NCBI GenBank assembly: GCA_943787795.1
Contig: CALSNU010000007.1
Span: 96,001-160,000 of the forward strand
DNA length: 64,000 bases
Reading direction: 5' to 3'
Source: an uncultured bacterium
GTDB lineage: Bacteria > Planctomycetota > UBA1135 > GCA-002686595
Shown here: positions 16,953 to 26,620 of the stretch, piece by piece
Layout of the letters: every line of letters starts with the position of its first letter
Numbering within the stretch: position 1 is the stretch's first letter
Notes under the pieces: generated by a model
What the model was told of the DNA's origin: nothing
Databases searched by the model: none
Seen by the model: only the letters and a program-made list of their open reading frames with translations
Made by a program: the position numbers and the translations under genes

Positions 16953-19528
16953 TCGCGGCCCTGCTGCTCTCCCTGTGTAGCGTCGCGGCTCCCCAAGGGG
17001 CCACGCCGCCCGCCCCGATCCTCTGGGAGTCCCTCCCCCCGGTCCCCGATCCGGTCGGCCTTGGAGGCCCGTTCGTCGCGGCGCTGCAGGGTGCGGACGG
17101 GGAGCAGCGGCTGCTGGTGGCTGGGGGCGCGAACTTCCCGGAGGCGCCGCCTTGGGAGGGCGGAGCCAAGGTCTGGTACGCAGGCACCTGGGTCTTCGAC
17201 GGAGAGGGCTGGGCCTCCGGGCCGCCCCTGCCCGGACCGCGTGCCTATGGCGCCGTCGTGCACCTCGACGGGCGCGCCCTGCTGATCGGCGGCGGGGACT
17301 CGAGCCAGGCCACGTCCGAGGTGCTCATCGCCGAGATGGATGGGAGCGGCGCGGTGCGGTTCGCCGCGGGTCCCGCCCTGCCAGCGCCGTCCCAGTTCCT
17401 GGCGGCGGGCCTCGTGGACGGTCGCGTGATCGCGCTCGGCGCCCAGCGAACCGGAGATCCATCCGACCTCGTACGGGCCACCTGGATCCTCGACCCGGAG
17501 GACATGGCGTCGGGTTGGACCGAGTCCGCGCCGTTCCCCGGACGCGCTGGCCTCAAGTTCGTGGCTGCGCCCCAGCGCAACGCCGAAGGTAAGGAGGCGC
17601 TCTTCGTCTACTCGGGTGAGGTGCCGGGCCAGGGGCCGGAGAGCCTCCCGGACGGGCGCCGCTTCCTGCCGGTCTCTAACGAACTCTGGAGCTTCGAGCC
17701 GGGTCGTGAGACCTGGACTCAGCACCGCTCTCCCTCCTCCCCGAGGAGCGGAGCGCATGGCCAGGCGGTTGGCCGATCAGCGGGCTTGGCCTGGCCCACG
17801 GGCCAGTCGCACATCCTCTTCTTCTCAGGCGTGGCCGCCGTGCCGCTCGACCTCCCACAGGCGACGCGCTCTGAGTTCACGGCCGACGTGGACGCCTACC
17901 ACACGCTCACCGATACCTGGACCTGGGAAGGGTCCATGCCGCGGGGAGTGGTCACCACGGGGATCGCGCCCTGGGACGGAGGCTTCGCCATCGCCAGCGG
18001 CGAGGTCCGGCCTGGCGTTCGTACGGCCGAGGTCCAGTGGGGGCGCGTGGACCGCGAGCCGGCGCGGCTGGCCACCCTCGACTACGCGGTGATGGCCCTC
18101 TATCTGCTCGGCATCCTGCTGCTCGGAGTCTTCTTCGCGCGACGCGAGCGCACGGCGGAGGACTTCTTCCTGGCGGGCCGGCGGATCCCCTGGTGGGCGG
18201 CAGGGCTCTCCATCTACGCCACGCAGCTCTCAGCGATCACCTACGTCGCGGTGCCGGCCAAGGCGTACATGGACGACTGGGTGTTCGCGCTGACGTCCAT
18301 CACGATCCTCATCATGGCGCCGATCGTGATCGTCTTCTACCTGCCCTTCTTCCGGCGGCTGGAGATCTCCACCGCGTATGAGTACCTCGAGCGTCGCTTC
18401 GGGCTCTCCATTCGCCTCTTCGGCAGCGCCTCCTTCATGGCCTTCCAGGTGGCGCGGATGGCGATCGTGGTGTTCCTGCCGTCGCTGGCCCTCTCCACGG
18501 TGACTGGCGTCGACGTCTACACCTGCATCGCGACGATCGGCGTGATGGCGACCGTGTACACGGTGCTCGGCGGCATGGAGGCCGTGGTCTGGACCGATGT
18601 GCTCCAGGTCTTCGTGTTGATCGGGGGCCTGTTCGTGGCGCTTGCGCTGGCGGTCGACGGGGCAGGAGGGCTTGAGCCTGCGCTCGAGATCGCGCGCTCC
18701 GGGGAGAAGCTGCGCTGGTTCGCGCCCGGGGCCTCGTGGACGGACACGGCCAGCTGGTCGGTGCTGCTCGGAGCCATGTTCCTTCAATTCGGCCCGTACA
18801 CCACCGATCAGGCGGTGGTGCAGCGCTATCTGTCCACGAAGGACGAGCGGAGCGCCGCGCGCGGCATCCTCCTCAATGGGCTCGTGGCCATGCCCTTCAC
18901 CCTGTGCTTCTACGCCCTGGGGTCCGCGCTCTTCGCCTACTTCAGCGCGCGGCCCGAAGCGCTTGATCTCGGGATGAAGAATGACGAGGTGTTCCCGCTC
19001 TTCGTGGCGCTGGAGCTGCCTGCAGGGCTCGCTGGCCTGGTGCTCGCGGGGATCTTCGCGGCGTCCATGTCGAGCCTGGACTCCTCCATGCACTCGATCG
19101 CCACGTCCTGGACGAATGACTGGCATAGGCGGCTTGGGATCGGCTCCGCCTCGGACCTCCAGACCGGACGCCGGGTGACGCTCTTGATGGGGGTGGTCGG
19201 GACCGGCACGGCTGCGCTCTTCGCGGCGTCGGACCTGCGCTCCCTCTTCGATACCTTTCAGAGCGTCCTCGGCCTGCTGATCAGCCCGCTGGCGGGGCTG
19301 TTCTTCCTGGGAATCTTCACGACCCGGACCTCCTCCCGGGGGGCGGCTCTCGGGGCGCTGCTCTCGATCGCGGTCCTGGCCTACGTGCAGAACGCGACCC
19401 CGCTCAACTTCATGCTCTACGGCGCCGTGGGGAGCACCACGTGCGTGGTGGTCGGATACCTCGCGAGCTTCGTGATGCGCGACGAACGCGACCTTGCGGG
19501 GCTCACCTGGTGGACGCGACCGAGCTAG
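16949..19528 (+). CDS. Fusion of Kelch-repeat (NanM-like mutarotase) domain and sodium:solute symporter (SiaT-like)
   Basis: Signal peptide; AGGANFP, IASGEVRPGVRT Kelch motifs; then DFFLAGRRIPWWAAGLSIYATQLS, TAYEYLERRF, AVVWTDV, TDQAVVQRY, AASMSSLDS. Confidence 0.9.
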   Translation: MIAALLLSLCSVAAPQGATPPAPILWESLPPVPDPVGLGGPFVAALQGADGEQRLLVAGGANFPEAPPWEGGAKVWYAGTWVFDGEGWASGPPLPGPRAYGAVVHLDGRALLIGGGDSSQATSEVLIAEMDGSGAVRFAAGPALPAPSQFLAAGLVDGRVIALGAQRTGDPSDLVRATWILDPEDMASGWTESAPFPGRAGLKFVAAPQRNAEGKEALFVYSGEVPGQGPESLPDGRRFLPVSNELWSFEPGRETWTQHRSPSSPRSGAHGQAVGRSAGLAWPTGQSHILFFSGVAAVPLDLPQATRSEFTADVDAYHTLTDTWTWEGSMPRGVVTTGIAPWDGGFAIASGEVRPGVRTAEVQWGRVDREPARLATLDYAVMALYLLGILLLGVFFARRERTAEDFFLAGRRIPWWAAGLSIYATQLSAITYVAVPAKAYMDDWVFALTSITILIMAPIVIVFYLPFFRRLEISTAYEYLERRFGLSIRLFGSASFMAFQVARMAIVVFLPSLALSTVTGVDVYTCIATIGVMATVYTVLGGMEAVVWTDVLQVFVLIGGLFVALALAVDGAGGLEPALEIARSGEKLRWFAPGASWTDTASWSVLLGAMFLQFGPYTTDQAVVQRYLSTKDERSAARGILLNGLVAMPFTLCFYALGSALFAYFSARPEALDLGMKNDEVFPLFVALELPAGLAGLVLAGIFAASMSSLDSSMHSIATSWTNDWHRRLGIGSASDLQTGRRVTLLMGVVGTGTAALFAASDLRSLFDTFQSVLGLLISPLAGLFFLGIFTTRTSSRGAALGALLSIAVLAYVQNATPLNFMLYGAVGSTTCVVVGYLASFVMRDERDLAGLTWWTRPS

Positions 19529-22176
19529 CGGAACTCCACCGCCAGGGAGCCTGAGAGGTTGGAGGTGGCGGCGCCGCCGATCGAGGCGCGGTACCAGGCC
19601 TGAAAGCGCCAGGTCTCACCGGCCAGGACGCTGTGTGAGGAGAGCGGGCCGGGGATCGCCTCGAGGTCGACCCCGAGGGTCACCAGCCCGTCGGGGCCAG
19701 CGCTCTGGGCCTCCCCTGGCCCGTCGAAGCGGCCGATGCCGCCGCCGAGGCATAGCGTGCCCTGGCTCCCGCCGGGGGCCACCACGAAGCCGGGGGTCTC
19801 GCTGGTGAGGAAGAGCGTCAGCGACCCTGGAGGCAGGTGCGCAGCTCGGAGCTGCAGGGCGTTCGCGGAGCGCCACGGCGACCCCACCGCTTCGAGGCGT
19901 ACGGGCGGCGTGCCAGCACCGACGCACTCTGCCGTCCCAAGGAAGCCCCGCCCGGTGCCGCGGAGAAGGGTCACGGAGTCGGCCCGTTCGGAGGTGAGGA
20001 TGACGTCTGCATCACCGTCCGAGTCCACGTCGGCGACGAGGAATGAGGACACCCCCTCGGAGCGCTCGACGACCATCGGGGGCGCGCCAAAGGGCGCGGT
20101 GTACACCTTGAGCGCGAGGGGCTCGACGGAGGCATCGCGCGGCGTCGTGACGAGGTCGAGGTCTCCGTCGAGGTCGATATCGACCGCCTCGATGGAGGAC
20201 CATCCCTGGACCGCGCTGCCCACGTAGTCGGCACCTCCAAATTGACCTGGGGAGAGCTGCGGGATCCACTCGAGGAGGGGGAAGACGAAGCCAGCGCCCC
20301 CGACCACAAGGTCAAGGTCGCCGTCGCCATCCGCATCCATCGTGGCCACGTTGCGAGGCTGAAAGTTGATCGTGGGGATGGCGATCCGCGCGCTGAAGGT
20401 GCCAGAGCCCTGACCGGGGAACCACCCGACGGAGCCGCCGAAACCCGGGCCGGCGAGGATCAGATCCCTGTTTCCGTCCCCGTCCATGTCGCGGATCGTG
20501 AGGTCGGCCACCGCCGGCTGATCGCTGATGAGGATGCGCGGGGTGGGGTCGAGGAGCCCTGGGGTGCCGCGAAACCAGAGCACGTCGCCCTGGCCAGTAA
20601 TGGAGAGGACGAGGTCCAGTCGTCCGTCTCCGTCCACGTCGGTCGGCGTGATGGTGCCGCCGGTCGCCGCCGAGAAGGACCGGAGCCTTGACGGCGGGGA
20701 GAACTGCCCCGAATCGAAGGTGTGCAAGTCGACCCAGCCTCCGCTGAAGGACGCGAGGACGAGGTCTTGATCCCCGTCGCCGTCGAGGTCAGCGGCGACC
20801 ATCTCCTCCAGGTCGGGCGGGGTCTTGAAGCCCGCCTGGGGGATCGCGAAGTCGCCAGCGCCCAGGTTCTCGAGGGTCATGACCCGGCCCGCTCCGGTGG
20901 CCGCGACAAGCAGGTCGAGGTCGCCGTCAAGGTCGATGTCCGCTGCCGCGACAGCGCGCGCTCCATCCGCGCGCCGCGTGATCTCACGGAACGGGCCGAA
21001 CGCTCCGGAGCCAAGCGCGGGGCTCCAGCCGACCTGCTCCGTGGAGCACGCCACGACGCGGTCGGGCAGGCCGTCGCGGTCGAGGTCGACGAGCTGTTGA
21101 TCCAGCACGCTCCAGCCCGGCTCCGCGGCGAAGGGGCGGGGCTGGACGTCGAACCCCGAGGTGAGGTTCTCTAACCAGTGGGGCGCGCCCATGGTGGCGG
21201 GGAACAGGAGGTCCAGGTCACCGTCGCCGTCCACGTCGCCGGTCGAGAGCGGGGAGGGCTCGATCCTGGGTTCGGTCGCGAGCGTGACCGGAGGCATGAA
21301 CGCACCGCTGCTCGCCCCTCGGTAGAAGAGGACCTCCTGCCCGAAGTCGAGGCTGGACGACGTGCCGCTCGCGACCAGGTCCAGTCGACCGTCCCCGTCG
21401 AGATCAAGGGCCTCGACGGAGCACAGCTGGCTCAACTGATCGACGATCAGCGGACCCTGCGCGAAGGTCGCGCCCTGGTTTCGGAACCAGACGATGCGGC
21501 GGAGGTCACGGTCGAGGACGAGGAGGTCGAGGTCGCCGTCGCTGTCGAGGTCTGCCAGTTGTTGCGAACCCGTGACGATCCCGGCGGCTCCCTGGCTTCC
21601 AGGGGTGAAGCGCGTGGGCCAGCCGAGGCCGCCGCCACCGATGCCTCGGAGGATGAAGTGTCCACGGTGGGCCGGGTGGATGGCATCGAATGCGATCAGG
21701 ACGTCCTCGAGACCGTCCTGGTCGAGGTCGCCCACATCGAGGTCCAGGGCCTCACCCGAGAAGCCGGCGACGCGTCGAGCGGCGCGGTATCGGTCACCAT
21801 CTCGCTCATGGACGTACAGCTGAGAGGGGGACCTCGTCAGCGCGAGGACATCGAGGTCGCCGTCGCCGTCGAGGTCGGAGAGGTCCCAGTAGGTGGAGGG
21901 AGACGGAGATTGCAGGAGCAGCGCCAGCTCGCCGGCGACCCCGGGGGCCTGTTCGATCCAGAAGAGGCGGTGGCCGCCAGCGTCGGTCACCAGGAGGTCG
22001 AGGTCCCCGTCGCCATCCACGTCCGCCGACGGGAGCAGCCTCGGGCCGTTCACGGTCGAGGTGAGCTCGACGGGCGCCGCGAGCTGTGCATTCGCGCCAC
22101 CGGAGGTTGCGAGGACCGCCCAGAGGGCCGCTGCGAGCGCAGGGGCGCACGCGAGGGAGGGGCACCGAGGTCCCAT
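19525..22176 (-). CDS. Secreted FG-GAP/VCBS repeat protein with conserved C-terminal domain
   Basis: Signal peptide; many DxDGDGDLDL repeats; C-terminus PGGSQGTLCLGGGIGR...GETWRFQAWYR. Confidence 0.9.
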   Translation of the reverse strand: MGPRCPSLACAPALAAALWAVLATSGGANAQLAAPVELTSTVNGPRLLPSADVDGDGDLDLLVTDAGGHRLFWIEQAPGVAGELALLLQSPSPSTYWDLSDLDGDGDLDVLALTRSPSQLYVHERDGDRYRAARRVAGFSGEALDLDVGDLDQDGLEDVLIAFDAIHPAHRGHFILRGIGGGGLGWPTRFTPGSQGAAGIVTGSQQLADLDSDGDLDLLVLDRDLRRIVWFRNQGATFAQGPLIVDQLSQLCSVEALDLDGDGRLDLVASGTSSSLDFGQEVLFYRGASSGAFMPPVTLATEPRIEPSPLSTGDVDGDGDLDLLFPATMGAPHWLENLTSGFDVQPRPFAAEPGWSVLDQQLVDLDRDGLPDRVVACSTEQVGWSPALGSGAFGPFREITRRADGARAVAAADIDLDGDLDLLVAATGAGRVMTLENLGAGDFAIPQAGFKTPPDLEEMVAADLDGDGDQDLVLASFSGGWVDLHTFDSGQFSPPSRLRSFSAATGGTITPTDVDGDGRLDLVLSITGQGDVLWFRGTPGLLDPTPRILISDQPAVADLTIRDMDGDGNRDLILAGPGFGGSVGWFPGQGSGTFSARIAIPTINFQPRNVATMDADGDGDLDLVVGGAGFVFPLLEWIPQLSPGQFGGADYVGSAVQGWSSIEAVDIDLDGDLDLVTTPRDASVEPLALKVYTAPFGAPPMVVERSEGVSSFLVADVDSDGDADVILTSERADSVTLLRGTGRGFLGTAECVGAGTPPVRLEAVGSPWRSANALQLRAAHLPPGSLTLFLTSETPGFVVAPGGSQGTLCLGGGIGRFDGPGEAQSAGPDGLVTLGVDLEAIPGPLSSHSVLAGETWRFQAWYRASIGGAATSNLSGSLAVEFR

Positions 22177-22330
22177 GACCTCACCTTTGGTGAACCCCGG
22201 CAGGCTCGCCAGTCCCTTGGACGGGAAACTCTCGCGGCGCCCGGAGAGCGAGCCCTGGGGTCACTGGGGCACCGTCGACGGGCCGCTCGTCAGCGGGCTA
22301 GCGTCCCCCCGGCTGAAAGCGACGCTGGCC

Positions 22331-22435
22331 CAGCTGAGGGTCTTGATGACTCAGCTGAGGGTCTCGATAACTCAGCCGAGGGTCTCGATAACTCAGTCGA
22401 GGGTCTTGATCACTCAGTCGAGGGTGATGATGGCG
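22331..22435. repeat. Tandem repeat, ~5 degenerate copies of a 21-bp unit overlapping the protease stop codon
   Basis: cagctgagggtcttgatgact / cagctgagggtctcgataact / cagccgagggtctcgataact / cagtcgagggtcttgatcact / cagtcgagggtgatgatggcg. Confidence 0.9.
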
Positions 22436-23568
22436 CTCCCCGCGCCCTCGATGATGGAGGCGACTCCGCTACCGTCGATCCAGTCGTAGATCGCGCCGAG
22501 CGGCGTCACCAGACCCATGTGGGGGATGACGGTCGGCCGGATGGACCCGTGCGTGTAGATCTTGGAGAAGATGCCCAGCAACTCGTGGGAGGTGAGCCCG
22601 TAGATGCCGCCGCCGGAGTTGCCGATGTAGGTGGGCGCGGAGATCATCCAGAAGCGGGCATCAGCGACCTCGTGATGAAGGTCGGTGAGGTGCCCCTGGG
22701 TCGGAATGGGGTCGTTTCCAAGCGGGCAGCCGACGGCGACCACGTCCTCGAAGACCTCCGTGGAGGCCAGCCGATCGCGCGTGGGCAGCATGGCTCCAAC
22801 GTCAAAGCGCTCGCATGAGTCGAGGATCAGGAGGGCAGAATCCAGCTCGACGCTGTGAGACAGGACCGTCGCCGTGAACTCGCTCTTGGCGCCGTCGAGA
22901 TCTCGGACGATGACGGGGATCGGGCAGTCCGCGTCCTGGGAGTCCGCGCGGATGTCGCGGATCACGTGCCACGACGTGAGCATCAGCGTCCTGTAGGCCT
23001 CGGGGTTGGCCTCGGAGGGTCGGGACTGGAGCAGCACGCCGCTGCCAACGGTCGAAGCCCCTCGAAGCTGGACGGTGGGTCCCACCGTTGCCGACCAGAG
23101 TCCGCTGGAGTCCACCTGATCCTGCTCGCCGTCAGCAAGCTGCGAGCGGACGTCGCCGAGCTCGGCCCGTGTCTCATCGACCAGCGTCGTCGTGGCGTCC
23201 AGCGCTCGAACAAAGCCAGCCCACCGAGAGTTCATCCCCTGCTCAAGGTCATCGATCCGCCGGACTTTGAAGGCGATCTGTGAGACCTCGTCCAGAGCGT
23301 CGCGCTGGGACTCCAGCGTCCGTCGAGCGTCGGCGAGGCGAGCCTCGAGGGAGTGCAACCGAGACTGAAGGGCGGTGACCTGACCCTCTCCGGGCAGTCC
23401 ATCGAGGCGTGACGAAAGCTGGTGGAGCTCCCGGTCCTGGCGGGCGGGGACCTGCTGGGTGAACTCTTCCAGTGAGACGAGGCGTCGCTCCAGGTTGGAC
23501 TGACGGGTGACGCCCATGACCAACAGAGGGGAGGCGGCGGTGATACCGATGAGCAGGGTGCGGTACAT
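22414..23568 (-). CDS. Trypsin-like (S1) serine peptidase with N-terminal anchor and coiled-coil stalk
   Basis: GSGVLL, LTSWHVI (His), LDSALL (Asp), VAVGCPLG, IGNSGGG (Ser); heptad-rich N-terminal half. Confidence 0.88.
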   Translation of the reverse strand: MYRTLLIGITAASPLLVMGVTRQSNLERRLVSLEEFTQQVPARQDRELHQLSSRLDGLPGEGQVTALQSRLHSLEARLADARRTLESQRDALDEVSQIAFKVRRIDDLEQGMNSRWAGFVRALDATTTLVDETRAELGDVRSQLADGEQDQVDSSGLWSATVGPTVQLRGASTVGSGVLLQSRPSEANPEAYRTLMLTSWHVIRDIRADSQDADCPIPVIVRDLDGAKSEFTATVLSHSVELDSALLILDSCERFDVGAMLPTRDRLASTEVFEDVVAVGCPLGNDPIPTQGHLTDLHHEVADARFWMISAPTYIGNSGGGIYGLTSHELLGIFSKIYTHGSIRPTVIPHMGLVTPLGAIYDWIDGSGVASIIEGAGSAIITLD

Positions 23569-23672
23569 CGAGGAGGGGACTGGGGACTGGGGCGGGCTGC
23601 AACCCCTGACGAGAAGGGGCAAGGGGGTCGCCACTTGTTTGCGACTTCCTTTTCTCTCGTCATTACGGCCTC

Positions 23673-24012
23673 TGTGGAACGAGCCTTTCTCCTGTGGATC
23701 TCTTGTGGAGACACCGGACTTGGCCGTGCCAAGTCGAGCAGGCCTCTCACGCCTCCCTCGTCGTGTGCCGGGGAGTTCTCCACACCGCGTGGAGCGTTGT
23801 GGAATGGGCGTAACTCACTTATTTGATGTTGTTTATGTGCCCTTCTCCGAGCTTCTCCCCGAACTCTACCCACCTTTCCACTAGCTCGCTGCGATGGCCT
23901 AGGACTCTCCTTGCCCTCGGTGTATCGATGTTGGGGATATTACTAGGTTCTGCGTCGACGTCAGCCCGACGCCAATGGGAAGGAGCTGGGCAGAGATCGC
24001 AGCGGATCCACA
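23673..24012. promoter_or_regulatory. Cluster of DnaA-box-like 9-mers flanking an AT-rich tract
   Basis: TGTGGAACG 23673, TGTGGATCT 23693, TGTGGAGAC 23704, TTCTCCACA 23776, TGTGGAATG 23798, GGATCCACA 24004; AT-rich 23811-23838. Confidence 0.4.
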
Positions 24013-24109
24013 GCGATAGCGGTCGGGTCGGAGCCCAGCGCGACCTAGGATGGCTCGCCAAAAGCCCCGTCAAATCTCCGCCAGAGTCCGCAACCGGTCC
24101 CGCCCCACC

Positions 24110-25390
24110 ATGCCCATCTACTCCATCCCCGAGATCATCGAAGACCTGCAGAAGGGGCGCATGATCATCCTCGTCGATGACCCTGACCGCGAGAACGAGG
24201 GCGACCTCGCCATGCTCGCTGACAAGATCACGCCGGAGGCCGTGAACTTCATGGCCAAGGAAGGGCGAGGTCTGATCTGCACGCCGATGTCGGGAGAGGT
24301 CTGCGACCGGCTGGACCTGCCGATGCAGGCGGCGCACAACACCAATGCCCACGGGACGGCCTTCACGATCTCGATCGAGGCGACGACCGGGGTCTCGACG
24401 GGGATCAGCGCAGCCGACCGCGCCAGAACGATCGAGGTCGCAGCGGCTCCGACGTCCCAGGCCTCAGACCTTGCGCGGCCGGGGCACATCTTCCCCCTCC
24501 GGGCACGGGAAGGCGGGGTGCTCGTGCGCGGCGGTCAGACCGAGGGGATCGTGGATCTCGCCCAGCTGGCGGGCGGCTCCCCGGTCGGCGTCATCTGCGA
24601 GATCATGAACGACGACGGGACCATGTCGAGGATGCCCGAGCTCGAGGTCTTCGCTGCCCAGCACGACCTCAAGATCTGCACCATCGCGGACCTGATCGAG
24701 TATCGACGCAAGAACGAGCAGCTCGTGGAGCCCGTGGTCGAACGGCCGGTTCCCCTCCAGACGGACTACGGTCTGTTCCACACGCACCTCTTCCGCTCGA
24801 AGATCGACGGAAAGGAGCACGTGGCGCTCTCGCACGGTCTGGTCACCGGGGACGAGGCTGAAGGAGCCTCTGAGCCCGTTGATGGGGAGGTCTTCGTCCG
24901 GGTCCACTCGGAGTGCCTGACGGGGGATGTGTTCGGCTCCCAGCGGTGTGACTGCGGGATGCAGCTCGACCAGGCCATGAAGATGCTGGCCTCCAAGGAT
25001 CGCGGCGTGCTGGTCTACCTGCGCCAGGAGGGCCGCGGGATCGGCCTCGCGAACAAGCTCAAGGCGTACCACCTTCAGGACGGTGGCATGGACACCGTCG
25101 AGGCCAACGAGGCCCTCGGCCTGCCTGTGGACCTGCGCGAGTACGGGATCGGCGCTCAGATCCTGTTCCACCTCGGCGTTCGGAAGATGAGGCTCCTCAC
25201 CAACAATCCCAAGAAGATCCATGGGCTTGCGGGCTACGGCCTGGAATTGGCCGGCCAGGAGCCCCTTGAGGTTGAGCCTAACCCTAATAACCTTAAGTAC
25301 TTGAGGACCAAGAAGGAGCGCATGGGGCACACCCTCAGGGCGCCCCTCCAGGCCCCCGCGGCCGCCGAATCTGCGCCCGACCGGGAATAG
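24110..25390 (+). CDS. ribBA: Bifunctional DHBP synthase / GTP cyclohydrolase II
   Basis: [69 protein letters not shown]. Confidence 0.97.
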   Translation: MPIYSIPEIIEDLQKGRMIILVDDPDRENEGDLAMLADKITPEAVNFMAKEGRGLICTPMSGEVCDRLDLPMQAAHNTNAHGTAFTISIEATTGVSTGISAADRARTIEVAAAPTSQASDLARPGHIFPLRAREGGVLVRGGQTEGIVDLAQLAGGSPVGVICEIMNDDGTMSRMPELEVFAAQHDLKICTIADLIEYRRKNEQLVEPVVERPVPLQTDYGLFHTHLFRSKIDGKEHVALSHGLVTGDEAEGASEPVDGEVFVRVHSECLTGDVFGSQRCDCGMQLDQAMKMLASKDRGVLVYLRQEGRGIGLANKLKAYHLQDGGMDTVEANEALGLPVDLREYGIGAQILFHLGVRKMRLLTNNPKKIHGLAGYGLELAGQEPLEVEPNPNNLKYLRTKKERMGHTLRAPLQAPAAAESAPDRE

Positions 25391-25391
25391 C

Positions 25392-26054
25392 GTGTCCATC
25401 GAGGCGTCCACGCTTCCGAAGATGGGAGCGCTGATGCACAAACCGAGCCTCGAGAGACAGGACGACAGCTTGCTCGTTCAGGGGACCCTGGACGGGGACG
25501 CCCGTTGTTTTGAGGTGCTCGTGGAGCGGTACCAGCGGCGGTTGTTCGGGCTGGTCCGCCACTACACTCGCAGCGCGGTGGAGGTCGAGGACATCGTCCA
25601 GGACACCTTCCTGAAGGCGTTCAGCCGCCTGGAGACGTTCCAGCAATCCTCCGCCTTCTACACCTGGCTGTACAGGATCGCGGTCAACACGGTCCTGGAC
25701 TTCATGAAGCGCCAGGGGCGAAGCCCGATCAGGGCCGTGGAAGACCCGGAGGCCGTCAGCAGCTCCGTCGACGAGACCACCGAGCGCAAGTCGATCCGCC
25801 CGGATGCCCGCCTCGAGCAGGCCGAGATCTCGGAGATCACTCGGAGCGTCATGGATGACCTCCCGGAGATCTTCCGGACGGTCCTGGTCATGCGAGAGCT
25901 CGAACAAATGCGCTACCAGGACATCGCCGATGTGCTGCAGGTGTCCATCGGGACCGTCGAGTCCCGTCTGTTCCGCGCGAGGGCCCGCTTCAAGAAGCGC
26001 CTCCTTCAGCTCCATCCGGAGTTCGCGGCCAGCCAGTCCAATCCTCCTGAGTAG
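25392..26054 (+). CDS. ECF sigma-70 factor (RpoE/SigW-like)
   Basis: FEVLVERYQ, EDIVQDTFLKAF, FYTWLYRIAVN, YQDIADVL..SIGTVESRLFRAR. Confidence 0.93.
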   Translation: MSIEASTLPKMGALMHKPSLERQDDSLLVQGTLDGDARCFEVLVERYQRRLFGLVRHYTRSAVEVEDIVQDTFLKAFSRLETFQQSSAFYTWLYRIAVNTVLDFMKRQGRSPIRAVEDPEAVSSSVDETTERKSIRPDARLEQAEISEITRSVMDDLPEIFRTVLVMRELEQMRYQDIADVLQVSIGTVESRLFRARARFKKRLLQLHPEFAASQSNPPE

Positions 26055-26065
26055 GAGACCGAGGT

Positions 26066-26611
26066 ATGAGTTCCACATCACCGATTCAGTGCGAGGTCGT
26101 TCTTGCGCTTGTTCCGACCTTCGTTGACGACGAGGTCACTGACGGCGTTGGTAGCACCGTACGACGCCACTTGATGGACTGCCCGGCCTGCCGTAAGGCG
26201 GTCCAGGAGGAGCAGACCCTCCGGCAGTGGTTCGTTGCGAGTCCAGAGGTCGAGGTGCCCGATGGCTTCGCAGCCCGCGTCGCCCGCAGGGCCTTGGCTG
26301 GCGATGTCGGCCTCATTCCTGCGGTCGCCCCGCGGTCCTCCAGCGAGCGTGAACTTCACGCTGAGGCTCCCGATGGGGCTCCCGATGGGGGACCCGCGGG
26401 GCGGGTCCTGGCCTTCTCGCGCGCCCTGGTCGCGGTGGCCGCCGCTGGCCTTGTGGTGACCACCCTCCTCCTCTCGGGTGGCGACCGACCCGAGGTCTCG
26501 GGGCTCGACGCGGGCAACGATCTTCAGGAGGCGCTCATGGAGCTCGATGAGGAGAATCAAAGGCTCGAGCTGGAGCTTGACGCCGCATCGACGCCCGCAG
26601 GTGGGCGCTGA
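26066..26611 (+). CDS. Zinc-binding anti-sigma factor (zf-HC2) with TM helix
   Basis: HLMDCPAC (HxxxCxxC), one TM, directly after ECF sigma with AGGAG RBS. Confidence 0.82.
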   Translation: MSSTSPIQCEVVLALVPTFVDDEVTDGVGSTVRRHLMDCPACRKAVQEEQTLRQWFVASPEVEVPDGFAARVARRALAGDVGLIPAVAPRSSSERELHAEAPDGAPDGGPAGRVLAFSRALVAVAAAGLVVTTLLLSGGDRPEVSGLDAGNDLQEALMELDEENQRLELELDAASTPAGGR

Positions 26612-26620
26612 TCTTCAGCC

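Noticed and set aside
22176..22416. Multi-Sec read-through fusing the protease to the FG-GAP gene (same frame, only TGA stops between)
   Set aside because: No redox motif or SECIS-like hairpin, the downstream gene has its own signal peptide, and TGA is the default stop in high-GC DNA.
22331..22435. CRISPR array
   Set aside because: Units are directly adjacent with no unique spacers and no cas genes are present; it is a degenerate tandem repeat.
23880..24109. FMN riboswitch upstream of ribBA
   Set aside because: The conserved RFN motifs (GGGCxGGGTGxAAxTCCCxACCGG, GGATGGGAG) were not found.
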